Below, in pieces: positions 25,430 through 40,400 of a DNA stretch of 61,199 nucleotides. The notes beneath the pieces were generated by a model that was not told the DNA's origin, made no database searches, and was given only the letters and a program-made list of their open reading frames with translations. Origin of the DNA: Clostridia bacterium (GTDB lineage Bacteria > Bacillota > Clostridia > Christensenellales > UBA1242); contig JAZNIS010000101.1 in NCBI GenBank assembly GCA_045577635.1, positions 1 to 61,199 on the forward strand. Reading direction: 5' to 3'. How positions within the stretch are numbered: the first letter of the stretch is position 1; each line of letters opens with the position of its first letter. The translations under genes and the position numbers were made by a program.

Positions 25430-28400
25430 ATGGTTAAAAAATTAAGTGCGATATTACTTGCCTTATTTGGTTCAATATTTATTATGTTTGGGTGTGGAGA
25501 CCCGTATAAGGATTTAAAACTCACGGTTTCAGCTAGTGAGATAATTCTATACTTGAATGAAGTTAATTCTGAGGTTACCGAACCTGAAACTCCAACCGAA
25601 CCAGAACCAGGTTCTGCACAAGGAGTTACTGATGAAGAAATTGCTGCAACCTATCCATCGGAAGCATCGTTTACTGTAAAACTATCAGGGGTAGGAAAAG
25701 GTATTAGCGATAGTGTGAATCTTGTTCAATATGCTTATAACGGAGTTGAAAGCATTGTTAACATTGAACATATTGAAGGTTCTGCTGGAAGCGATGACGG
25801 TTCAAGATATAAAATTACAGCTGCAAAACCAGGTAACGGAATTTTAATTGTTACATCTGCCGAAGGTGGTAGAAGGGAAGAAATTAAAATTTCTGTTAAA
25901 ATTCCTGTAAAAAACATTGTGTTTAACGACAAAGCAAAAGCTGTTAGATATTTAGGAAATATTAATCTTTACAATTTCTTGGTTTACAATCCTGCTAAAA
26001 ATGACCAAAATGATATGACATTCTACATTGATGATTCAACAGGTGTTGATATTGTAACAAATGGTACAGGGATTATTGAAACCAGTTATGCAAAAATTGA
26101 AAATGGTATTTTAACATCAAAAGAATCAGAGTTTTATCCTGTTGATGTTGATGGTACTAGATATGTTAAAGTTTATGGTGTTTCAAACTATAACTCAAAA
26201 ATAGTTACTCAAACAATTTATTTGCCTGTTATTGAAGTTATTGATGAAAGTTCCATTGTTGTTACAGCTAATATGGAAAATGGACCATTAGATGTAGCAA
26301 AAATTAATAATAATTATGAAATTATTTTAGGACATAATTATCCAGACAATCCATTTATTTATGCTCGTGAAGTTATTATTAAATTAAACGAAGAATACAC
26401 TGTTGACCAAAAGTATGTAATTAAAACAAATTATTCATCAGTGGTTACACGGTCTAGTGTTTTCCAACTAGATGGAGATAGTGTTTCTTCTGAAGAAAGC
26501 AGATATTCTTATGCAGGTGTTAAGGAAGGTTATCCTTTTAAAAAATTCACCTTCTCACAAATTAACACAGGTGCTGATTATTTAGAAGTTTATATTGACC
26601 GTAGGGGTTACGAAGGTTTATTTACAATTACTTTAAGGTTTAAAATTACTGTTAAAGATTTTGCAACAACCTTATCTGCAACCGATGAAGAAGGTAAAAA
26701 TATAATTGATAAAGGCATAACAATTTATAATGCTTATGGTGGATCAAGTTTAGGTTCTTCCATTGTAGTTGGTTTAAGTCCAAACCCAACAAACGATTAC
26801 CGTATTGGATTATCGTTGGCAGATGTTCCAGCATCTGTTGGTAGCGGATTAACAGGTGTTAAAATGACACTTATTAGTGGTAATGAAGTTTATAGTGGAC
26901 AAACTGTTGATAATAACACAACACTTTATTTAAAACATGTTTATGAGCACACACAAATTACCGAAATTTTATCATCTGGAATTAGTCCAATTTTATACAT
27001 TACATACACATTTACATTATCTCCAACAAATTCTAGTGAAGGGTATGAAGGTTATATGCTTGTTGCAGGAATTCCTTTGAATTTTGAAGCGGGTGTAACA
27101 GATATTACCGTTCCAACAGGTGGAGAAAGTATTAAAATTAATGCTGTTACAGGTATGGCAGTTGGTGCTGAAGGTGGTGCCGGTGGTGGTGCCGAACCAG
27201 AACCAGCAGCAGTTTTAAAAGGAACCAAAAATTCATACACTAATGGTTTATATGAAGAAGAACCTGGTGCTGAACCGGGTGGCGAGCCAGGTGGAGAACC
27301 TGGTGAACCAGAAGAGCCAGAAGAACCTACCGAACCAGAAGAACCAGCATACGAAATTGTTTTAGTAACAATTGAAGATCAGCCAGCTGATTTGGCAAAA
27401 TTAATTAAAAGTGTAAAAGCAATTAGTGTAAACGGAGAACCTACCGATTACAACTTAATTGATGGAAGTTACGAAAATCCTTATTTTGACATTGTATTTA
27501 AACAAGGTTTAATTATTGACCAATATAATCGTTTGGTAATTGAACCTAAATTACAAGAAGAACAAGGAACAATTACAATTGAAGTAAAAACAAACAACCA
27601 CATAACAAAAACAATTATTGTTGAAGTGTTTGTTCCAATAATTTACACAACTGCATCAGCAGAAGGTGTAAATGTTGAAATATATAACGAAAATTCAGTT
27701 GGTTCATTTATTTATGACACAGAAAAAACTGATTATCGTGTAGTTCAAAACGAAGGTTTAACAGTTGTTGCTGAAAGCGAGTTAACCGAAGAAGAAAAAC
27801 TTGCAAATCCTGTTAAATACACAACCTTAAACAAATTAACATTATCTGTTAATAGCACAATTGGATTTAATGTTTATAACTATATTCTTTTAAACGATAT
27901 GGCAGGAAATCCACAAATTACTAGGGTTAATTATAACTCTAATGTTACAATTTCATCTTATCGTCCATACTACACAGTTGAAAATAAAATTATTGACGGA
28001 ATTAAAATTCCTTTCATCACAACAGGTAAATTAAAAACCGAAGAAACCCCACTTGAACTTGAAATTAAAATTGTGGGTTACGATAATGAAGGTGTTGAAG
28101 TTTCCCTTGTTAAAGTTATTGAATTAACAATTATTGAACCTGTTACAACGGTTAGAATTACTCCGGTTTCTGAAACTGTTTACACTTCAAATTCCTTAGG
28201 TGCTTTAAAAATTGATGGTAGCAAATTGCAATATCAATTAACAGTTTATCCAGCAAATGCAAGTAGTTATGATGGAACAGTTATTAAATATTCTTACCGT
28301 AACGATATTCTATACACATTAACAAGTGATAGGTCAGGCATTAGTTATTATATTCGTGTTGAACATTTCATAAATTTAAATCAAACAACAGGCGAACTTC

Positions 28401-31400
28401 AAGCTGTTGTTAACACAGCAAGTATAACTGATGTTTTACAAGCTTACAGAACTGATTCGTTAAAAACAATTGACCAAGACGAAATTATTAAAGCTATTTT
28501 TGAAAACAATGTTGTTGTAACAATTTATGGTACTTTAAAACAATATAACAAACCAGAACTTTCAGATAGCACAACAGTTACATTAAGAAATGCTATTAAA
28601 GTAGATAAGATTATTCCTAGTGTAGATAAAAACGGTGTTTATTTTGATTTAAGAAAAATTGATGCTGACTATGAAGGTTATGAAATTTCGTTTAATGCTC
28701 TTCCTTACGAAGCTCACAATAAAACATTAATTGTTTCTATTGCAAACGAAAGTGTTGTAACAATTGTTTCTGGTATTGATAAAAATAACCGTATTACCGA
28801 TGGTAAAATTGTTATTAAACCAGGACATAGTGCGGGCAGAACTTATATTAGAATTGCAGCCGAAGATAGTTACGAATTAAATCAAAATGGAGCTCCTGTT
28901 CCAGGAAGTTATTTAGATATTTCTATTAGGGTAGCTGATGGAACAAAGGAATTTCCTTTTGAAATTAAAAATGCCGAAGAATTTATGGAAATCGGTGAAG
29001 ATATTGCCGCAGGTTATGATTCTTATTACTATGTTCTAACTCAAACATTCTCAATTTCTGCTTATGAATTTGCTCCATTTAATAGATTCCATGGTGGATT
29101 AAGTGGTGTGTTTAGTTATGAAATGGCAGGTATTATTTATGAACAACAAAACACATTATATGGTTTAACATTCAACAAAGAAGTTGAGCCAGAAGATGGA
29201 AATATTTATTCTTATGCTTTATTTAAAGAGTTATCTGCAACAGCTGAAATTGAAGGTTTAATTTTAACTGATGTAAATTACGAATTAAAAATTTCAAATC
29301 CAGATTTTGAAGAAGAAATTAATGTTGGTGGTATTGCTGGAGTAAACTTTGGCCGAATTAAAAACAGTTCGGTTAGTGGAGTGTTTAATATTTCAGCTGA
29401 TGTTAAAAACATTAATATTGGTGGTATCGTTGGTAAAAATTTAGCTGAATTCTTTATGGATTTTATTGATACCGATGAAATTATAATTTACTCAGCAGGT
29501 GTAATTACCGATGATGGTAAACAAGAATCTAACTTTACAAATAACACTGAAAATGCAAATGTTCAAATTAACTTTGTAGGTTCAAGTGCTGTTACTGATG
29601 CTACCGTTAACATTGGTGGTGTAGTTGGTAGTGTTGAAACTTATGCTGCTGCATTTGCACCAGGCGATGGTTATGAAGTTGGTTCAAACTATGCTTATCC
29701 TGAATTCCCAATTGAAGGTGGTGTTTCAGTATATCATTTGTATGATTTTATTGAAGAACTAAATCCTACAATTTCAAATTTAGTTGTTGCATCTAGTATT
29801 GTAAGTATTGATGAAACAGCAAGTTTATATAAAGCAAACATTGGTGGTGTTGCAGGTTATGCTCACTCAACAGTGTTTGATAACATTGTTTCAACATCTG
29901 TGTTAAGGGGACACTCTAACATTGGTGGAATTATTGGTAGGGCAGAACACTCTGTAATTACTAATTCTGCTGTTGAATTTGGAAACCAAGGTCAAGTTGG
30001 CGAAAAATCAATTGCTATTAGTGGTTACACAAATGTTGGTGGTTTTGTTGGACATGGAACAAATGTAAACATTATGTTTAGTTATGCTAGAGCATACTTT
30101 AACAACCGTCCGGTAGATAATGTTAATTATTTTGGAAATATTGCTCTTGTTGAAAATGCAACCGTAACAACAAAAAATGTTGGTGGATTTATTGGTTACC
30201 TTGATTCTGAAGAAGTAAGTTCTCAATGGTTCACATTAGGTATCCCAGGTTATTCATTAGATACTTTAATTTCTCCAACAGAAGACATTATGGATTTTGT
30301 TTATAATCTATCTGCAAATGCAATTGTAAAATCTTACTTTAATGCAGATATTAATGTTGGTTACACACCATTAAGTGGAACTGTTAATGTTGGTGGATTT
30401 GTTGGTGCTATATCTTCAACAGGTCAAGTATCAGGTGTAGATCCTGTTCACATTACAAACTCTTATGTTTATGGAAACATCTGCCAAGCAGAACCAACAG
30501 TGTATGAGTTTGTTAATAAAGCTGAAATTGATCCAGCTGACTTTACAAATATTGGTACTTTCACAACATTTGTAGTTGGTGACTTACCAGAATTACAAGA
30601 AAATTATTATAACTTTAATTTAACATCTGTTTTAGAAAGTGGAAATAAATTAATTGAAATCACAATAAATTATACAAACGAAATTATTTCCGAAGGTGAA
30701 GGAGTTGATGCTATTCAGTATCAAATTCAAAATTACAGAATTAAAGTTCACCCTAATAAAGGAAAATTAATTGGTAATCAAGAATATCAACTTTCTAGTG
30801 CAGTTGTTGATGTTATAGATACAATTATAGATGGTGTTGAAACAACAACAATTCAAACTTCAACATCAATTTTACAAGCAAAACTTCCTGTGGATGTAAA
30901 ACTTGAAAATGTTTACTTTGCCATTGGCGAAGAAAAAGGAATAATTGAAACTGCACAAAACACAACATTTATTGATGTTTGTGACATTGTAAGTAATGAA
31001 ACTATTATTCAAAACACTTCTGCATTAAGAAATGAAAAGAACAACACAATAACTTATGGTTACAAAGATTTAAATAACATTAACTCTTATGCAAATTTTG
31101 GAAATGTTATTGAAGCAAGTTTAGATAATGTTGAATTTTATCCAAACAAAGTATGGGTAAAATGTGACGAACTAAACAGTGGATATCCTGTATTATTTGC
31201 AAGAAAACATGATAATGGCGAAATTTTATTTAAAGTTTTACCAACCGAAATTAGAATTAATGTTGCTGATAATTCTTTACTAGATTTTACAAATTTAAGT
31301 TATGTTCAAGATGGCGAAAACATCGTGTTATTCTATAACAAATTAATTAGTGGTAGAAGTTACAATTATGTTAACTACTACAAACTAGTAACTGCTGGCG

Positions 31401-34400
31401 AACCTGATTTAACAACCGAACCTGTTACAGCTTTGGAAGTTAATTTAGATATTGTTGACCTATATTCTAAATATGGAATTGTTGCAAACTATGATAAAAA
31501 CATGGTTATAACAAGTTCAAACCCTAACATTGTTAGTGTTCAAGGTGGAAACCTAATTAAAACAAACGGTGTGGGAAGGGTAACATTAACAGTTGCAAGC
31601 AGATTAGATGTTTCTATTTACGATACAATTGAAATTTTAGTTGTTGAAGGTTTAAGTGATTTTGCTTTATATAAAACAAAGAATTTAACAATTAACAGAA
31701 ATAAATTAGTTACTATTAACAAAGCCGACATTGTTGATGAATCTTCTCCATCAGCTTACTCAGGTGCAATTACTCAAGTTATTGATAAAACATCTAACTA
31801 TGCCTTAGATACAGTTAACGAAGATGGTTTAACATTAACCGATTGCAACGGTGTTTATGCTAGAAACACAAATCTTGGTGTTATGATGGAAGTTTCAAGT
31901 GTAGGTAATGGTGAAGCAACCTTAAATGGTGCAAGCATAGAAAAAGGCACAACATATTTATTTAGGTCTATTTCAGATTTCTCATTTAGGGGAACATATA
32001 AAGGATTATTGTATATAACAGTTACACCATTTATAGTTACAAACGATGCTAATTTTGGTACAACTTTAAGTCAAACAACATCAAAACCTATGTCAATTGA
32101 TAACTGTATTTTAATTAATCAATTATCAAAAACATATAAGTTTAATGTAGTGCCAAAAGCAGAAAGCATTGAAGTTATTGATAAATCAAAAGCAAATTTA
32201 GACCCAACAAAACATGTTGATGTAACAATTTCAACCATCACAAGTGATTTTGTTAAGAGTGGTGAAAGTTATAGTGTAAACGAAACAATTAATGCAACAA
32301 TTACCGACTTAACAACAGGTAAAAATGTTGGTGCATTTGTGTTAGATATGGCTACACAAGGCACAAATACAAGTTTTGTTACAGTTGAACTTTTAGAAGA
32401 ATATGTTCTTCCAACAAGCGATGTTTTAAAAATTGAATACATTAAAAAACTTCGTTTAAGATTTGATGCTGAAAAATATAAAAATCGCACAAGTGGTGTA
32501 ACCTTTAACTTAAAAGATATTCGTTATAGGTTTGATTTCTATCCAACATCAAACACAAACATTGTTGCAGTGTTTAATTTAGATGTTGTTCCTAGATTAA
32601 CAACTAACATTGAAACAGCATACTATCCAAACTCTGAAATTTCATCTACCGGTGGTTTCTATCCACAAGAAAGTGAATCGGAATATATTGTTCCATCTCG
32701 TGCTGGTTTATTAAAAATTGAATTACAACCTGATTTTAACAATACTGAATATGTTGAAGTTACTGTTGATGATGAAATGAAAAAATATGTAAGCTTCACA
32801 CAACAACTTGCAATTATGGCTAGTGATGAAAACAGTTATGTTACAGGTTATCGTACAACTTTAAAACAAGCAGAAAGTTTACCAAACTTCTCTGGGGTTA
32901 GATTAAGAAATGAAAGTGTTATGGTAAATGGTACAAGCATTTACTACACAGGTAATTATTATCTTCAAGTGTTCTTATCAGAAAAAGCTCCAATTAATTC
33001 AAAGGTAAGTTTCACAATTACAGGTTATAGAACAGGTGATGGTGAAGCAATAATAACAAAATCAACAATTTTAACCTTAACAGTTCAACCACTTCCAAGC
33101 ATTACCTTAACATATAAAGGTGCACAAGAAGGTTTAATTGCAAAAGGAACAGTTGCTGAACTTGAAGTTGTTGCAAGTAACTTTGAAGGCGAAATTCAAT
33201 TAGTTTCTTCTTGCCTATCTGGTGATGTTCAAAACATTTCACAACCTATTTATGATTCTGAAAAAGATAAATGGTATGTTGAAATTGGTATTAATGCCGA
33301 AGCAGGTGATACTGCAATTATTAGAGCAACAGCATCAAGATATTTAAATGGTGTGTTAGAAGAAAGAACAAGTACTGTTAAATTGTTTATTGTTGAATAT
33401 ATAATTGAAGGTGCAAGATTAGAAGGTTCAACCTATGTTAATGGTGGATATCAATTTGAAGTGTTAAACGGAACACAAACACCATTAAATGTGGTATTTG
33501 ATGTAACAAAAGGCGAAGGTAATGAAGCCGTTGATTCGTTGTTAACCAACTTACAACAATTAGCAAGTGGTAAAACAAAACCTCTTGGTGTTGATAGTTA
33601 TATTAACAATTGGTGGCAAGTAGAAAATGGAGTTTTCACAAATGCCCTATATTCAAATGCTTTATATGGAAATTACCGATTTGTTGATACAAACAAAGCC
33701 GATTTAACCAAGAGCCATTTCTTTGCTCTTGAAAGTATTGTTGTAAGCAGAAATAACATTATTGGTTATCGTATGCAATATTTCTATAATGAAATTGGTG
33801 TTCCAACTTTATTTATAGGTGATAGTTACGGAAATCAAGTTTACGAATTAGAATTCACATTTACATTCGTAATTAAAGATAACTCTACTTACGACCATCC
33901 AAACCCAATTAAAAATGTAACCGAATTTATGGCATTAGGTGGTTTAACCGTTAAAGGTGAACAAACCGAAATGGGTGCTGTAACAGAAGGACATTACATT
34001 TTAATTGTAGATTTGGTATTAGATGATTATTATCCATTTGCTGCACAATTTGATACATTAGATGGTAATGGTCATGTTATTAAAATTAACAGTATTAACA
34101 CCGAAAAATATAAACAAGGTGGAACTGTTAATGTGGGATTATTTGAAACTGTAAGTGAAAAAACAGTGTTAAAGAATATTACTATTGATATTTCTCCAAT
34201 GCTTGTTACAACACAAATGGCAAACAATGCATTAAACGGTATTGAAGGTTCAACTTCTTATATTGATTTATCAGGAATTGAAAGCTTTAACTTTGGTTTT
34301 GTTACAGCAGAAAATAATGGCTCTATTACAAATGCAAAAGTAATTAACTCAAAACCTACTGTTATGTTAGATAATGCTCCAAAACATGTGTTAATTAATA

Positions 34401-37400
34401 GCACAATTGGATATTTAAATGAAGGTTTAGTTGATGCAAATATTGGTGGTATTGCTGCTATAAACAACGGAACAATTTCAAATTCTTATGTTGGTTTAAA
34501 TGCTGCAAACTATACTAATGGTGTTTCAAGCACAGAATATCGTAGTAATTCCGATGCAGGATTTACCGAATTCCAAACCTATCCATTTAACATTACTGCT
34601 GGTAAGAGTGTTGCTGCACTTGTTAACACAAACACAGGCATTGTTGCAAACAACTATGTTTTAGGTGTGGGTGTTATTAACACAGCAACAATTATGGAAG
34701 GTGCAAAAACTGCTGGATTTGTTGTAAGCAACACTTCAACAGGTATAATATTTAATGGTATGGTTGAAGGTTTAGAAACCAACAACTATCGTGCAAGTGA
34801 AACAGTTTATATTGAAGGCAAAGGATATATTGGTGGCTTTATTTATACAAATGCTGGTAAAATTTCTAATGCTTATTCAAATATTTACATCACCACAAAC
34901 AGTGGTGGCTCTGGTGGATTTGTTTATATTAATGAAACCGGTGGACAAATTATTAATGCTTATTCAACTGTTTCTAGTGCAAATCAAAGTTTAGCACATG
35001 GTCAGTTTACAGGTATTAATGATAAAGATGAATATAATAATAATGGTGAATTAACATCTTGTTATTATTTAGTACTAGAAGGTGAAGTTGAAAATGCTAA
35101 TGAACCTGCAACAGGAATTTTAGGTAAGAAAATTGTTGGCGATGGGGCAGTTGATCCTGATGAGGAAGAAAATAACGACAACCCATTTAGAGATACAGGT
35201 TCATTTAACGGATTTAACTTTGCATCTGGTAATGATACAAACAATATTTGGCAAATTAGCCAAACAAGTTTGCATTTAGGACCAAGATTGATTTCTGCTA
35301 GTGGTATGAAAACATTCTCACACAGAGTTCTAATGCACACAACTGTTGATGAAAACACTCAAGAAACAGTTTATAACTATATGTACGATTCAGATTGTTT
35401 CTATGGATCTAACTTAAACCCATTACTTGTAAATACTGCTGATGAATTTGTTAGATTTATTATTAACAACTCTAAATCAATTACATTAGATGGTAAAACA
35501 ATTACAGTGTTTGGTATTACAACTCAAACTAACACTGCAACAAATATGCCATATTATGTTCGTTTAATTAACGATTTAGATTTTAGTTCTATTACATTAA
35601 ACAATTATTATGTTGATTCTAAACTACTTAGTGAAGTTACATTTGCTGGTGTGTTAGATGGTAATGGAATGGAAATGAAAGGTGTTCGTTTAGTTGACCA
35701 AAATCAATCAAGCGATCACGAAAACTATGGATTATTCTATCAAGTTGGTTTAAAACCAGAACAAGTAGCCGATCCTAACTTTGGCTCAAACAACACAGTT
35801 ACATCTGCAATTATGAATGTTAACATGACAATTAAAGGTGTTGATGCTGGTAGAGCTTATAAAGTTGGTACAATTGCTGGTTCTGTTTACGATTCTGCAC
35901 TTATTAACATTACCATTAATGGTGATAATGTTGCAGGTAATGGCGAAAACAAAAATGCCTTTGTAAGGGGCCGTAATGTTGTTGGTGGTATTGCCGGTTT
36001 AATTAAAAACTCACAAGATAAATTAATTACAAACATTACTATTAACAATGTTAGTGCAACAGCTGCTTATAGTAGTGCAAACATTACTGATGTAACCATG
36101 GTGGATTCTTATGGTAAACCATATAACACTGCTGGTGGATATATCAATTTCAGTTCTTACTTTAAAGGTGGGGCACTTGCAACTTTATCTTATGCTGGTG
36201 CAGTTGCTGGTATTGTTGATAATAACAACCGTAGAGCAGAAGATTATGGTGCAAATATTAAAACATCTTTAAATGGTTCAGAATCTATTAGATTAGATGG
36301 AAACACGGTTAAATATCCTTCTGGTGAAGGTACAGAAAGTACAGCTGCCGGAGAATCAATAACTGCTGTTGAAGAAATCAACATTCACCGTACAAAACCT
36401 GCTAACAACATTGTTTCAAAAATTATTGTTCAAAATGGTGGTTATATTTCTGCTGAACATGCTGGTGGAATTTTTGGTTATGTTGGTGAACATACACATG
36501 TTAAAAACAGCAAGTATTTATTAGGTGAAATTAAAACAAAGAGTTCAAATGCAACAGTGTTTAGGCAAGAAATTGTTGGTCAAAACTATGCAGGTGCATT
36601 AGTTGGTGAAAACTATGGTATGCTTGAACAAGTTTCTGTTGAATATGTTTCAGATTACTTTGACGATGTTGAAGCTGCATTTGGAACAGGTGCAACAGTT
36701 AACGGTGAAGTTAAAGAACTGTTTGGTAATAGCCCGGTAGTTGCTATTGGTGGTATTGCAGGATTTAGTGCAGGAAGTATTATTTTAGATAGTTACTGTA
36801 ATGCCGATGTTGTAAACCCTAAGGCAAAAATTGCAGGTGGTTTAGTTGGTTTAACAGCTGGTTCAAACTATTTCAGCCATGTAATTGTAACAGGAAATGT
36901 GTATGCAAGTTATCGTGTTGGTGGTTTAATTGGTGTTTATGATTCACTTTATGTACATGACTTCAATAAAAACCTACAAGAACCTGCTAACCAAGATTAC
37001 AATGGTAATGGAACAAAAGGTGAAGCTTCTGTTTATAAACCAGGTAGATTACTTCTAGATTACACATTTGCATTAAACGAATGGTCTGGTGATATTGAAA
37101 CATTACTATATGAAAATTTAAAACTATACTATTTAAATACAACAACTGGTTCGGATTATTATTCTTTTGAAACTAGATTCCCAGAAGTTGGTAACCAATT
37201 AATGAAAAACGAAACTTCGTTAAAATACAACACAGCTTATGCTGGTTCGCTAATTGGTTTTGTTAACACAGGAACAACTGCTGCTAATTATACAACAACT
37301 CCTTATGATGATTTCCATTCGGTTAGCACAATTAACAATGTTGTTTCAAAAGCAAGAAGAACACAAGTTGTTAATAATGGTGGTGGAAGCACATACTTAT

Positions 37401-40400
37401 TTAGTACTGTAATTTCAACAACATTAAATAATGCAAAAATTACTACAAACGAAAAAATTCACGGATATATGACAGGTACAAACTCTGTTGTTGCTGATAA
37501 CGAAGATTATATTCAAACAGTTTCAGGTGCAACAGGTGAAGCTGGCATAGGTGATAAACTAGATTTTGTTAACGGCATAGGTAATCAGTTTAAAATTGAT
37601 GTTGTGTTAGGAACAACAAAATCTAATGCTACAATGTTTAATATGTTTATTTGGGATACTTTAACTATGAGTTCAAGCGATAGTGCTAGTTTAGCAAAAG
37701 CTGGTAGCCAAGTTTGGAGATTAGGTGAAAAATTCCCAGAATACATTATTGGTATTTATTCTAACTATAACAAAATGGCTTCGGCAGAAGACATTTACAA
37801 TAGTATTATTAAATCTAATGATACAAGAAACCAATTCTACTTATTAGAAAATGGAACTTATACAATAGGTGAAGATATTGTAGGTAAAGGTTCATTCTCA
37901 AATGTGTTCCGAAATGTGTTTGAAGGAACAATTATTGGTGTTGTTTCAGAAGGAAAAAATCCAAGAATTGTATTAGAAGTTAGACCAGGTGATAAATTAA
38001 CAACATTCTTCAATGAATTAAATACTGCATCAATTATGAATGTGGACTTTGAAATTGTTTATAAAACAACCCCTGGAAACACTCAAAAACTTGAACTTTC
38101 AAATATTGATGGTTTAACAACTCAAACCAAATATAATGGTTTCTTTGCTAAATATGTAAACAGTTCAGTTTTAAGTAATGTAAACTTCTACTTTAACATT
38201 AAAACCGATACCGACATTATATATGACTCTGATGGCGGTGTAGGGTACGAAGCAGTTGGTTTAATGGTTGGTTACCTAAAAGATAGTACAATGCAAGGTG
38301 TAAATGTACTAGTTAATAAAATGGTTGCTGCCGATGAACCAGATATGAAAACAACTCTTGCTCTTAAAAAGTATAATCACACAACAAACACATCAACTCA
38401 AACAGTAAGTTTTGGTGGATTAGTTGGTTATGCTTCAAAAAGCACATTAAATAAAGTTGGTATTTATTCTTATAACAACACAATTATTTCTGTTTATAGC
38501 AACGATTCAACAATTAACTTTGGTAATATTGTTGCAAATGCAAATAATGTGGATTTATCAGATATTAACCTAGAAAATGGAAACATTTTAGGTGATACAG
38601 CTTTAATTAAAACAACAAATAACAACATTTATGAAGTTGCCTATACAAAATCTGCTGGAAGTGTAAACTATGGTGGATTGGTTGGATATGCAACAAATTC
38701 AGCAATTTCAACATCTTACTTTATGGGTGATATTGCATATGGTCAAAGTTACACATTACACACCAAATTAAACTTTGGTGGAGTGTTGGGTTATGGTTCA
38801 AACACTGCAATTGAACACACAAATGTTAACGAATTTATGCAATTAACAAGTAGTGATGGAATTAAGAGATCCTTAATTCAAAAAGCAATTTGGAATGCTG
38901 CACTTGCAAAAGATGTTTATGTAAATCACGAATTTAAAATTAAAAATGGTGATTCAACCAAAACAACAACTTCATTAACAACTAATGTTGGTGCAATTTT
39001 AGGTTATGGTGTTAACTTATCTATTAAGGGTAGTTCAACAACCGGCTTAAATGTATCTTCTAACACAGACATTGTTGTAGAAGGTCCTTCAACAGTGCTT
39101 TCAGTTGGTGGTGTTATTGGTTACATTAAAAACAACGAAACTGTTGTGGTTGCAAAAGTTGCAAACACAGGTAAAGTAAAAGTTACAACAACTACTGCGG
39201 CTACATCAACAGCTGTTACAGTTGGTGGTATGGTTGGTAGAGCAATTGGTGGAACTTATACAATGCTTTATAACTTGGGTGATGTTACAGTTAAAACTGA
39301 AAATACCTATTCAGTGGGTGCAATTTTAGGTGTTTCTGAAACAAATTCAAGTCAATCAGTATTAAAATTAAGTAAGTTTGTTAACTATGCTGATGTTTAC
39401 TATGATGGCGAAAGTGTTCCTAAGGCATCAAGCAATAGATTTATTGGTGGTGTTGCAGGTTCTATCGTTAACTCTGGTTCACAATTTGAAGGTGGTTACA
39501 CACTTGCTAGGGTTTATTGGATGAAAAATGGTTCAACCAGAGATGAAAACAGCCAATTCCCAATTAACAACAAAGATAACGGTGGGGTAAATGGTATAGG
39601 ATTTGTTGGTTCAATTTCTGAATCTACATTTAACAGAGTATTCTTTGTTTATGATTTCTTACCATACTCAACTTATTCAAATTCAAGTGCTCAAACATTT
39701 GGAGCAAAAACAATAGTTACAACTTCAACATCAACAACCGATAGGATTTTTGGTGGTATTGAATATGTTGAATTAGTACAAGTATTAAATAAACATTTAG
39801 GTGGATATTTTGATACCGACACTTCTGCAACAGAATTTGTAACAGAAAAAACAGGTGGAACAACAGAAGTTACAAAACTTAACTTGCCACATTCATTTAA
39901 AAACAGCACAAACATTGAAGCAAGTATGTTCTCTGCCTTAGAATTAATTAAACAAACTAACGATATAACTTATCCAAACAGTGCAAGAAAATTAAATCCT
40001 AAAAAGATTACAACAGCAGCTGAAACTCACGAAATTTCGGCTGATGGTTACTACATTATGTCAGCAAGTGCAGTAAATGGAAAAACTGTAAAATTAGAAA
40101 GTGGTACTTCATTTAAAGGTTTATTAACCTGTAAACGAAGTGAAACAGATTATCCTGTAATTATGTTAACAGGCATAACTAATAACTATGGTTGCATTTC
40201 TAACTTTGCTGTAAGATATGTAAACAATGTAACATATGTAAACGAAAAAGGTGTTTTACTTCAAAACAACTATGGTAACATTTCAAACTGTGTAACCTAC
40301 GGATTTATTGATGTTTCTTCATTAACACTAACAAAAGATGTTGCAACCTTTGTTTATAACAACCACGGCAACATTCTTCAAAGTGGTAGTGCAGTATTGT

